The translations under genes were made by a program, and so were the position numbers. The notes beneath the pieces were generated by a model. The model had not been told where the DNA came from. It ran no database searches and saw only the letters and a list, made by a program, of their open reading frames with translations. From Candidatus Latescibacterota bacterium (GTDB taxonomy: Bacteria; Latescibacterota; UBA2968; UBA8231): a DNA stretch of 64,000 nucleotides. The stretch covers positions 800,001-864,000 of the forward strand of contig CBDCXV010000010.1 of NCBI GenBank assembly GCA_965223905.1, given 5' to 3'. This document shows, piece by piece, positions 18,498-27,451 of this stretch (position 1 is its first letter; every line of letters starts with the position of its first letter).

Positions 18498-21461
18498 TTA
18501 CCGCGGCACCGCCAGCAGCATGGCGTCGAGGAGCCGCTTCTCTTCGCAGCCGCGCGGGTAGAGGGCGGAAAGCGCGTTGGCGAGCCGCAGGAAGCCGGGG
18601 CCGCGCTCCTGCTCGCCGCCGATCAGCGACCGCAGGGCGTTTGCGTGGCCGCTGGACTGGAGCAGCATGGCCTGGTGAATGCGGTCGAGGGTGGTGTCGC
18701 CGGACCCTTCCTCCCCGGCTCCGTATTCGGGCCTCCTCTCCCTCACCAAAAGAGCCGCGTCTTCCGCCCGGTCGGAGAATAGCTCCTGCTGTAGCGGCTC
18801 CCTGCGACCAGCGGACTCCTCCAGCCTCGTGGCGCCGGACGCAGCCCCCTCTTCACCGAAGAGCTTCCTGGCACGTTCCGAAACCGGCAGCAGGCGCACG
18901 ACGCCCTTTTCCTGGCCGATAATGCGGTCGGTCCAGGAGTCGAGGTCGATGCCCATGGGCTGGGCGAAGCGGCGCACCACGTCGAAGGGGAGAGAAAACC
19001 CGGCTGATGCTACCTTGGCGACGGCTTCTTCGTCTGCCTCCTCGTCTTGTTCCTGATTATCTGCAACAGGGGTTGTGCTCTGGAGCGTCCACAGGAAGAG
19101 CGCAGTCAGGCGGGCGTCCTCTTCCAGGGCGCCGGACAGGCCGTTGCGCGCTTGTGCCTCCGCGGTTCCGAGCACCTGTTGCAGCGCCGCACGGCCGACC
19201 ACTTCCCAGACCTTCTCCAGGTACTCGGGGAGGCCGACCGTATGGCCCTCGGCAGTTTCGACGGCGCGGTAGCGGCTGAAGATTTCGAGTGCGGGGCCGA
19301 TGCAGGCGAAGACCAGATCGGCGCCTCGGATGCCTTCGGTCTGCAAGCGCTCGATCCAGTCAGCGACGCGGATCGGCAGTTCGCGCAGGACATCGGCCCA
19401 GTCGCCGATGGGGGCGTCTTCGGGACGTGGGCGGCAGATGAGGTGGACGCTGGTGGTGAGTGCAGCGGAATCGCGGGCGCGCAGGCGCGACGCCATTTCG
19501 GTAGCGATTGGCCAGGAGCCGGTGATGGTCCAGCCGCCGCGAATCATGCCCGAAAGCAGTGCCTCCCAGCCCTCGGTGGTTTTGTGAGCGAAGACCACTG
19601 AGCCGACGCCGTCTTCGCTTAGAATGCGGCGGCCCTCGGTGAAGGCTTTCGCCATGCCATCCTCGAAGAACTGCTTGTCTTTGTGACCGTAGCGATCACG
19701 ATCCCAATGCGCCATCTCGCATAGCTCTGGTCCTTTGGGTGTCAGCGAGTTCTCTGGAAAGCGAGAATTGAGCAGCAGCAAATGTTTAGGAAGGGTTCGT
19801 TTCAGCCAGACATAGAAGAAGTCAGAGAGGTCGGCGTAGGGTACCGCAAAGTAGTAGGGCGGATCGGTGAACCAGACCCCGGCGGTCTGGTCGGGGAGCG
19901 GATGGTCGGTAGCGTCGGCTGATTGGGTCTGACCGGTTGTAGCAAGAGCGCCTTGCAGTTGTAGACACTCGACTGTCTTTGCGCCCCACTCGACGGCGGC
20001 TACGTAATTGCCGGAAGAATCACACCACGGATTCACCTCCGTGTAATCCCAGATCATGGGCAGTGCTTGCCTGCCGTAGGTGTGATTTACTTTCTCGCCT
20101 GTCAAATGCCAAGAGCACAGAGCTGACCAGTAGTCGGTGGATCGGTCCAAAGCTATTGCGAGAAGGTCCCGAAGTGGCACGTTGGTACTTCCCTTGCTTC
20201 GTGTCAGCGCGCCTAGCTCCAATAGTGCCACCTTCTGCCGTGCTGTGAACAAGTCGCCCCATGTGTTCATACCGTACAGCGGTACATTGAAAGTGCCGCT
20301 CATCAGGGGCAACGGCTCATCCGGCACCGGGCAAAGCCCCTGTTTCCCGCCCCGCTCCCATTCATCCAAGACCAGCGCCACTCGCTCCTGAGCCTTTCGC
20401 ACCGCCTCGTAGTCCGCGTCCCTCGGCAGCCGATAGTGCCGCCCCGCCCTCCCAGGCTTGAGCGTCACCACCGCGGTCATCCGCGCCCCGCCCGTCCGCC
20501 GCCCCTCCGCATCGAAAATCACATCCGCGCCGCCGCGCTCGGCCGCAAGCTGCGCCCGCACCCGCTCCGGCGGCAGCACCGCGCCGCAGCACAGACAGGT
20601 CGCCCGCGCTCGCGTCACCGTGCCGCCGTACACCTCTTTTTCCACCTGCGGCTCGAATACCTCAAACTCGACGCCCGGTGGCTCTACCTCGCTGCGCTCG
20701 ACTCGATGCCGCAACGCCCGCTTGCGCTTGGCCTTCTTGCACAGCCAGAACGAACGCATCAGCGGAATCTCCGCGCCGCAGTTGGGCGCTTCGCAGCGCA
20801 CCGTGCGCGCCCACAAATAGGCAATCGGCGTCGCCCCGTCCGGGTCCTTGGGATACAGATCCGCCAACTCCTGCTCCGCCTGCCGCTTGATCTCGTCGCC
20901 GACCCGGCGCAACTCCTCAGCCAGCCCCGACCCGTGCCGCGGAATGTCCTCCAGCATCACTTTGAGAATCAGGCACGCCACCGGATTCAGGTCGCTGGCG
21001 AACGCCTCGCAGCCCAGCCGCAACGCCTCCAGCGGAATCGAGCCCCCGCCCGCAAACGGGTCCACCACGAGGGGCGGTTCTTCGCCATGGGCCGCCTTCA
21101 CCAGGTTGCGCCCCACCCGCAGATAGACCGGATGCGCCGACATGTCCCAGTTAGCGAAGTTGGCGATGAACCAGAGCAACGCCTTGCGCAGGTCTGCGTC
21201 ATCAACCGGCGGCTGGCGCACTTCCCGCAGGATCTCCCGTGCCTGCCGCTTGAATCCCTCCGGGCATTCCGGATCGCAAGGATCCGGCAGCAACAGCGCC
21301 ATCAACACCGCCCGCGACGAAGCCAACGGCCGCCGCGCCCACCACAGGTGCAGCGTGCTCGGATGCCCGTGCCGAATCGACTTCTCCCTCGCCGCGTGCT
21401 TGGAAACCTCGGCAATTGGAAAATCAACTTCGGCGAGACGCTTGCATTCTCTGGGGATCAT
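18498..21461 (-). CDS. DUF1156 family DNA adenine methyltransferase
   Basis: Start MIPRECKRLAEVDFPI (ATG 21461); LHLWWARRPL, motif I DPFAGGGSIP, motif IV TDPPY, zinc ribbon CEAPNC..CLCC. Confidence 0.92.
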   Translation of the reverse strand: MIPRECKRLAEVDFPIAEVSKHAAREKSIRHGHPSTLHLWWARRPLASSRAVLMALLLPDPCDPECPEGFKRQAREILREVRQPPVDDADLRKALLWFIANFANWDMSAHPVYLRVGRNLVKAAHGEEPPLVVDPFAGGGSIPLEALRLGCEAFASDLNPVACLILKVMLEDIPRHGSGLAEELRRVGDEIKRQAEQELADLYPKDPDGATPIAYLWARTVRCEAPNCGAEIPLMRSFWLCKKAKRKRALRHRVERSEVEPPGVEFEVFEPQVEKEVYGGTVTRARATCLCCGAVLPPERVRAQLAAERGGADVIFDAEGRRTGGARMTAVVTLKPGRAGRHYRLPRDADYEAVRKAQERVALVLDEWERGGKQGLCPVPDEPLPLMSGTFNVPLYGMNTWGDLFTARQKVALLELGALTRSKGSTNVPLRDLLAIALDRSTDYWSALCSWHLTGEKVNHTYGRQALPMIWDYTEVNPWCDSSGNYVAAVEWGAKTVECLQLQGALATTGQTQSADATDHPLPDQTAGVWFTDPPYYFAVPYADLSDFFYVWLKRTLPKHLLLLNSRFPENSLTPKGPELCEMAHWDRDRYGHKDKQFFEDGMAKAFTEGRRILSEDGVGSVVFAHKTTEGWEALLSGMIRGGWTITGSWPIATEMASRLRARDSAALTTSVHLICRPRPEDAPIGDWADVLRELPIRVADWIERLQTEGIRGADLVFACIGPALEIFSRYRAVETAEGHTVGLPEYLEKVWEVVGRAALQQVLGTAEAQARNGLSGALEEDARLTALFLWTLQSTTPVADNQEQDEEADEEAVAKVASAGFSLPFDVVRRFAQPMGIDLDSWTDRIIGQEKGVVRLLPVSERARKLFGEEGAASGATRLEESAGRREPLQQELFSDRAEDAALLVRERRPEYGAGEEGSGDTTLDRIHQAMLLQSSGHANALRSLIGGEQERGPGFLRLANALSALYPRGCEEKRLLDAMLLAVPR

Positions 21462-21530
21462 AGTATGCGTTCCTCGGCCCATTGGACGAGCGCTTTGAGA
21501 ATCTCGATGGGTTCCCGGTATCCCCGCTCG
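21458..21530 (-). pseudogene. Possible C-terminal remnant of a HEPN-domain gene once coupled to the methylase
   Basis: YREPIEILKALVQWAEERIL* ends in an ATGA overlap with the methylase start; resembles HEPN C-terminal helices. Confidence 0.35.
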
Positions 21531-21611
21531 TATTCCGAAGTGTAGTCCTTGGAACTCCAAGGGATCCAGTTCCTCAATGCGACTGATTTTTCTTTCTCGT
21601 GCCGTGCATAT

Positions 21612-23918
21612 CTACGAGGCGACATGGTCATGTTCTCCCAAGTAGAGGATGTCGCACCGGATCTCCAACCGCTTCCGCTCGCTGGCTTCCGGCTGGAAGT
21701 CGTTCGCGATTTCATTCGGGACCGGAATGAAGGTTCGATCTTTCGCGAGAATAGTCGAGGTGATCCTAGGCCCACCTCCGGACGCAGAACCAACAAGTCC
21801 AGGACAAAGGATGTCGTAGTAAAGGCCGAAGCGTCTTGAGTGATGCTGGAATATGAAAATGACTTTTCGGCCACCCCAGACCACTTCCGTTGAATGCGGC
21901 TGAAGAAAGAAGTCACCCTTTTCGCGTTGAACTCGGTCACTTAACGAGAGAAAGCAGGTATATCCGTTGACCGGTTTCTCGCCCGTTAGAATACGCGCGC
22001 TCGTCTCCTTCTCCCGACGGTCAATTCCGGGTCTAGCATCAAAGAGGTCTTGAAGGTCTTCTTCAGTAGTCTCTTCTCTAATCTCACTGACAACCGAAGA
22101 AAGTGGTTCCGTGCTCGCACCGCTCACATCAAGGACTGAACGATCCCTATCGATCAGCCGTCGTGCCGCTTCGACATTCGTTAGTCGTCCGGCACGCAAT
22201 TCCTCGAAAATCTCGTCGAGATCGGCTTTGTCATCGAGCTCATATTCAAACAGTTCTCTGTTAGAACGAAGATGCATCAAGAATGCCTCGGCCCCTTCTC
22301 GTGTCCTGCTAGGTACGAGCTTCGCAATTCTTGGAAAGACCACAGATCGAACGAAGTCCTTTACGAAGGGGGCAAACGCGTTGTAGTCATCGCGATAAAG
22401 AACGAGCAATGGAGCGACGCTTGAAGAATCGGGGTCGAGGTAGATTATCACTGGCACTTTGGTATCAGTTATGAGAAGCGGTAGCCCGCCAGAGATGGTC
22501 CCGAAACGGATGTCGACTCCAAGGAAGTAGTCCTCTTCAAGGATCAGGGCCACACGAGTCGCGAGAGCCGAGTGAGCGAAACTCTGACTCGACATCGGGA
22601 GCTCCTGCTTCACCCGAGGGGTAATATCGACCTCTTTGACTCCTTGCGTAGTTAGGTAGCCAAACTCGCAGTTGCGCCGAGGTCCCCGTCGGGAAAGCAC
22701 AATAAGAGGTTCATCCTCGCTAGCGTATGTCTGGATTACCGATTCATCATGCCCACTGTAGTACCGAACACCACTGCGTTTTACTAGCGAAGAGAGTACT
22801 TCGAGTTTTCCGGAAGGTCTGGGTACTACCTCCAGCTTGCCGCAGAGTGCGAACTGTCCTGTTGCGGTAATCCATTGGAGAAAACCATCGTTTGCGAAGG
22901 ATTCGTCATGCTTGGCAGCAAGTGGAGAAATCAGGTTGTCTAGTGCCCAAATAATTTGCTGTAGAAGTTGATTTGAAGAAGCGTCCAGGGCTTCACGGCC
23001 TGCTGTGGGCTTCAGGATCGAGAGATCAACCACCCCGCCCCACTGGTACCCAGACTGCATTGCGACTGTCGAAAGACCGAATCCAGAACGAAGTGTGCGG
23101 ATAGCATTGCGGGCTTGCAGCAAGACGATTGTACCGGGCTTTCCGTGCCCAGTCGCCGACCGGACCTTCTTTAGAACGATGCGGAGTTCGCCCGAAGCCA
23201 TCCCAAGAAGCTCCAGGTCACCGGAAACGATTCCTGCAAGCGATATTCCTTGGCGGTGTTCAGCCCAGGCGTGCCGTCCGGAAGGAAGCGCGGTCCTATG
23301 GCTAGCACCACTGATCATATCGCCGTTGAAAAAGACCGGAATGTCAACGAACTCGACGAACTCGTGCAAATACGCACGCGCTTCCTGAACGGATACCCCA
23401 CTTGTGCGGGAAAAGTGAGCTCGCACTATGGTACCTGGTTCGCCCTTTTGGGGGATTGGTTTGACCGAGATACTCTGTGTTTCCGTTGAAAGTTCTGACT
23501 TCAGCACCGACGACAACGTACGTTCGCCTGTTACCGCCGACTCACTCTCAACCAAAAGTTCATCGGCGACGCCGAAGTTTGCCATCGCCCCGATCCCGAA
23601 CGTGCCCACCACCCCAGCCGCCCGAGCAGCGTCGGTGTTCTTGCCGCTCTTCCCCGCATACCAAAAGTTAGTTTCGATTTCTTTTGGGGTCATCCCGATG
23701 CCGTTATCAGACACGATGATCTGTTCATCATCGACGGTTACTCCGATCCTAGATTCAAACTCATCGCCATGCGCCTCTCTCATGCGGATTGCATCGAATG
23801 CGTTCTGCGTGTTCTCTCGAAGGAGAGCCAGTGGCGACTGGTAAATCTGATCGGCAAGCAATTCAAGAATCCGGGAGAATTCGACCTTGAAGGCGATTCT
23901 CTTCTCAGTTGAATTCAT
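21612..23918 (-). CDS. HSP90/HtpG-like GHKL ATPase with long unknown C-terminal region
   Basis: FKVEFSRILELLADQIYQSPLALLRENTQNAFDA, DNGIGMT, GTFGIG, GT motifs. Confidence 0.85.
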   Translation of the reverse strand: MNSTEKRIAFKVEFSRILELLADQIYQSPLALLRENTQNAFDAIRMREAHGDEFESRIGVTVDDEQIIVSDNGIGMTPKEIETNFWYAGKSGKNTDAARAAGVVGTFGIGAMANFGVADELLVESESAVTGERTLSSVLKSELSTETQSISVKPIPQKGEPGTIVRAHFSRTSGVSVQEARAYLHEFVEFVDIPVFFNGDMISGASHRTALPSGRHAWAEHRQGISLAGIVSGDLELLGMASGELRIVLKKVRSATGHGKPGTIVLLQARNAIRTLRSGFGLSTVAMQSGYQWGGVVDLSILKPTAGREALDASSNQLLQQIIWALDNLISPLAAKHDESFANDGFLQWITATGQFALCGKLEVVPRPSGKLEVLSSLVKRSGVRYYSGHDESVIQTYASEDEPLIVLSRRGPRRNCEFGYLTTQGVKEVDITPRVKQELPMSSQSFAHSALATRVALILEEDYFLGVDIRFGTISGGLPLLITDTKVPVIIYLDPDSSSVAPLLVLYRDDYNAFAPFVKDFVRSVVFPRIAKLVPSRTREGAEAFLMHLRSNRELFEYELDDKADLDEIFEELRAGRLTNVEAARRLIDRDRSVLDVSGASTEPLSSVVSEIREETTEEDLQDLFDARPGIDRREKETSARILTGEKPVNGYTCFLSLSDRVQREKGDFFLQPHSTEVVWGGRKVIFIFQHHSRRFGLYYDILCPGLVGSASGGGPRITSTILAKDRTFIPVPNEIANDFQPEASERKRLEIRCDILYLGEHDHVAS

Positions 23919-25339
23919 GAGATCATCTTTCTAGCGGTAATTGTGGCAGTCAACTCTTCAAACAGAGCACGGTCAACGATTGCCGACGCAGCATTAAGGC
24001 GTACCGCAGCTTGGTCGAATCGACGAGCGTCCAAGAGCAGCGAGGTGACCTTAACAACCTCGTCGACGCTTTGGGGTGGGTCGAGAAGTTTGATCAATTC
24101 CTCCTGCCGTCCCAAACCCTCCAAGGCCCTGATCTTGATCTGGCGTTTTTCATGTGAATGGGACGTGTTAATCTCAGCGAGAAGTTCCAATGCTCTCTCG
24201 TATTGTTCGGTGGCTACCGCCGTCATCGCGTCATCGAGTCGTTGAGTGGGGGTAGGTGGTTTAGGACGTGAAGGCGAAAGTGGGAGGTTTAGCTTGATGA
24301 AGGTCTTACCGCCGAAGTCGTCCCGATGGGCGCCGGTGAAGACGCCCCCTGATGACATCGCTCGTACATGAACGGTGACTGAGTCGCTGTTTGGATCGAT
24401 GACGACGATGTTGAATTGGCGTCGCTCTCCCGTGGGGAGTTCACGGTCGCCCACTGCAATGGATCCCGCACCTACGACTGCCATCGAGGTCAGGTTCGGC
24501 AGACGGAGTTCAAAGGGTGCTGCACCAGGATAATGCTGATGTCCGTGCAGTCCGACGCTGAATCCGAAATCGATAAGTTTGTGGATGACACGTTGGTCCA
24601 TATAATCGTTTACTCGTGGTCCGCCGACAACGCTGTGGTGCCAAACGGCAACGGCAATCGGGGCATTCGAGCCCACAAGTAGTTCCCGCGATGAGGATAG
24701 TGATGCTGAGTCGATCTCCCCCACGTGGCAAAAGCAGTCATTCCCGTGCCAAGAGGCGAATCCCACAATAACGAGACCGAGAGACGGATACTCGAAAAAA
24801 ACGAGGTCACTACCACTATGCGACAATGGACTTGGATCTAACCCTGCATAGAAGTCTGCTCGAAATCGTCGGAAGTGTTTGAGGCGAGATTCATACAGAT
24901 CGCTGTCGCGGATCTCGTAGGCTTTCTGCTCCTTCCAGTTCCAGCGCACCCTTGAATTGGCCTCAAAGGCCTTCCTTGCGATCCCGTCTGGACCCGTTGC
25001 GAGAGGTTTCATCGCGTTTCGGGCGCGGCCCCAGTGAACATCGTGGTTTCCAGGGATGATTACGACGCGCGACAGATCGGCATCGACAAACTCGGCTGCC
25101 AGCCGCTGTAAGAAATCGGAGGTCTCAGAGTATTGGGCTGCGATCTCGGAGTCGGCATTGGGAGTGTCGATACATGCGCCTTGAACTAGGTCACCGCTCA
25201 CCACGACTAGGTCTGGACTCGGGATCCCTTCTCTGTTCCACCGCCATGCGTCGCTCGCGATTGCCGCGAGAAGCTCATTGTTGCTTAAACGAGGCCCCGA
25301 CGTTCGGTGTAGGTCAGAGACGTGAAGGAGAGTAGGCAT
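23915..25339 (-). CDS. Calcineurin-like metallophosphoesterase with C-terminal TPR-like helices
   Basis: SDLH, SGDL, PGNHD, WHH, HGHQH; C-terminal EQYERALELL..ALEGLGRQEE..ARRFDQAA; ATGA overlap with the HSP90-like gene. Confidence 0.85.
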   Translation of the reverse strand: MPTLLHVSDLHRTSGPRLSNNELLAAIASDAWRWNREGIPSPDLVVVSGDLVQGACIDTPNADSEIAAQYSETSDFLQRLAAEFVDADLSRVVIIPGNHDVHWGRARNAMKPLATGPDGIARKAFEANSRVRWNWKEQKAYEIRDSDLYESRLKHFRRFRADFYAGLDPSPLSHSGSDLVFFEYPSLGLVIVGFASWHGNDCFCHVGEIDSASLSSSRELLVGSNAPIAVAVWHHSVVGGPRVNDYMDQRVIHKLIDFGFSVGLHGHQHYPGAAPFELRLPNLTSMAVVGAGSIAVGDRELPTGERRQFNIVVIDPNSDSVTVHVRAMSSGGVFTGAHRDDFGGKTFIKLNLPLSPSRPKPPTPTQRLDDAMTAVATEQYERALELLAEINTSHSHEKRQIKIRALEGLGRQEELIKLLDPPQSVDEVVKVTSLLLDARRFDQAAVRLNAASAIVDRALFEELTATITARKMIS

Positions 25340-25490
25340 TAATTACGCCTCGCAGGGATTCCGCGTGTAAGCAGATGCTGCATCAGTCCGATCTTTGATA
25401 TGCTGTTGGTTGACGATCAAAGTTTCCGTCTCCTACCGCTAGGTCTCCAGTAGCGATGACCTCACCCATAGGTCATCGCGCAGAAAGCGC

Positions 25491-26327
25491 TCAGGCGATT
25501 TCCTCAACCCAGTCCCCCTCCTTCCACAGTCGAACCGTGAATCCGTTCTCCTCCTCGATCAGATCGGGCTCGGTCCCGTTGTGGGCGAGCATTCCGGGAA
25601 TAATCTTTTTCCGCACGCCCATGCCGCTGGGATCGACGTATCCATAATCGCGCATCACGTTTACCAGCGTCTGGTTGCGCGCGTAGCGCGCGCCGGAGGC
25701 AATTTTCTCAGGGGTCAGCATATGGGGCAGGTTCCCGGGACTTACGATTTCCAGGCGATTCGTGAAGATGGCCAACATAACCTCCGCACCTGCGATGCCG
25801 TAGTCGCGGTGGACGAGGGCGTTCCCCACGGCTTCCCTGATCACGCTCTCGGGATATTCCAGGACATCGGTTTTCCCGGCGCCTTCCAAGCCCGCCGTCG
25901 TCGTATTTCGCCGCACGAAATCCCAAGCCTGATCGACCAGCCCTGACTCAATCAGGGAACCGTCTCGAGCGCGCAGTGGAACCAGAGGTCCTCTCAAGTC
26001 CTCATCGGCAAGGATAGTATTCGGGTTCTCGCCGGAATAGCAGATGGCCCGGATGCCTGATTGAGGAAGGAACCGCTTGGGATTCTTCCCGAACAGCAGC
26101 ATCCCGTCCATGGTTACGGCCGTCCACTCCGGGGAGATCGCGGCCAGTCTCAGGTTCAAGACCCACTCCTCGACCTGGTTATCTCCTGGAACATCGCCAC
26201 CCAAGACGCTAACGAAGTAGTCCCGCAGGCGGCCCAGGTCGAGGGTGTCGATGCCGGCGCCCGGCACCGGATTCAGGGGGTATTGTAACTGTCGCGACGC
26301 TTGGTACATCTCCGCCGCCTTAGTCAC
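25491..26327 (-). pseudogene. N-truncated ATP-binding protein (RecG-C/HATPase_c_4 type; AlbA_2 domain missing)
   Basis: LLFGKNPKRFLPQSGI, YPESVIREAVGNALVHRDY, RLEIVSPGNLP, RNQTL, GMGV; begins mid-protein at MYQASRQLQY. Confidence 0.7.
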
Positions 26328-27447
26328 CGCGGTATTCCGGGCGGGTTTTCGGCATTACGGCATCGGCAAGCGGGAGACCGCCCTCCAGCAGATCGCGGAG
26401 TTCCTGGAAGGATGCAGCCGGCAATACATCGGCGCCTTCTGTTTTGGGAATGATCAGCAGCGTCTCGTCGAGCCCGATTCCCTCGTCCTTCAACAAGTCG
26501 GGTGAGTGGGTGCTCAGGAAGATCTGTCTCCCGGTTTTCCTCTGAACCCGGGCCAGCATCTGCGGCAACGCCCGGACGATTTCCGGATGGAGCGAGAGTT
26601 CAGGCTCTTCGAGGAGCAGGGGCCCATCCTTTTCCATGGTCGACCAGAGGAGCCCCATGAGCCGCAACGTCCCGTCGGAGAATTGCTCTTCCGTCTGCCA
26701 GGCCCCCTGTGGGCGCCAGTGTTGGTATTTACCCCGCAGGTGAGGTGTGCCGCGTGCATCGCGCCACAGATCGATTTCTTCGAGCTGCGGAACGGCGATC
26801 CTGAGGGCTTTCTGTATGCGCCTCAGCCGGGCATTGCGGGTCCGCTCCTGGGTTTTTGTTACCTGTTCGAGGAAATCCCCCCCGAAAGGATCGTTGGTTC
26901 GCCCGACAGAACGATCCGGTTCGCGCACAAGCTGTGGGACAAGGTGCAGGTAGCGGATGGATGTGAAGAACTCTGCCAGGGAGCGAAATGGCTTGTTGAC
27001 GTTTACCTGCTCGAGGTGGGTTTGCCTCAACCGCACCCGATCATCCTCGTCGTCACTGTCGGGGCGGTCGACCAGCTTTTTTTCATCCTGCAGCACACGC
27101 TCCATGTGGAGCAACGGCCGGCGCTGATTGTCCTGGGAAAAGGCGAGCTCATACCTCCACCGAGCCCCTTCGGTTCCTTCCTGCAATTCGACATGGACTT
27201 CGATGTCCGGATTCCGGCGGGCGGCCAGGCACCGGATGGCACTGACCCCACCGCGCCGTCGGACCGCCTCCTGAAAGCCGCCACCTGTAGATGCGAGATC
27301 ACCCAGAAACCGGAAGACGTCGAGGAAGTTGGATTTACCCGATGCGTTGGGCCCTACGAGAAACACGCGGTCCTCTAGGGCGACCTCGATGTCGGCGAAG
27401 TTTTTCCAATTGCGCAGGCGCAGTCTCCGGATCTTCAGGTCACTCAT
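26320..27447 (-). CDS. AAA_21/ABC-type ATPase
   Basis: GPNASGKSN, FSDGTLRL, LLEEPELSLHP, STHSP. Confidence 0.9.
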   Translation of the reverse strand: MSDLKIRRLRLRNWKNFADIEVALEDRVFLVGPNASGKSNFLDVFRFLGDLASTGGGFQEAVRRRGGVSAIRCLAARRNPDIEVHVELQEGTEGARWRYELAFSQDNQRRPLLHMERVLQDEKKLVDRPDSDDEDDRVRLRQTHLEQVNVNKPFRSLAEFFTSIRYLHLVPQLVREPDRSVGRTNDPFGGDFLEQVTKTQERTRNARLRRIQKALRIAVPQLEEIDLWRDARGTPHLRGKYQHWRPQGAWQTEEQFSDGTLRLMGLLWSTMEKDGPLLLEEPELSLHPEIVRALPQMLARVQRKTGRQIFLSTHSPDLLKDEGIGLDETLLIIPKTEGADVLPAASFQELRDLLEGGLPLADAVMPKTRPEYRGD

Positions 27448-27451
27448 CGCT

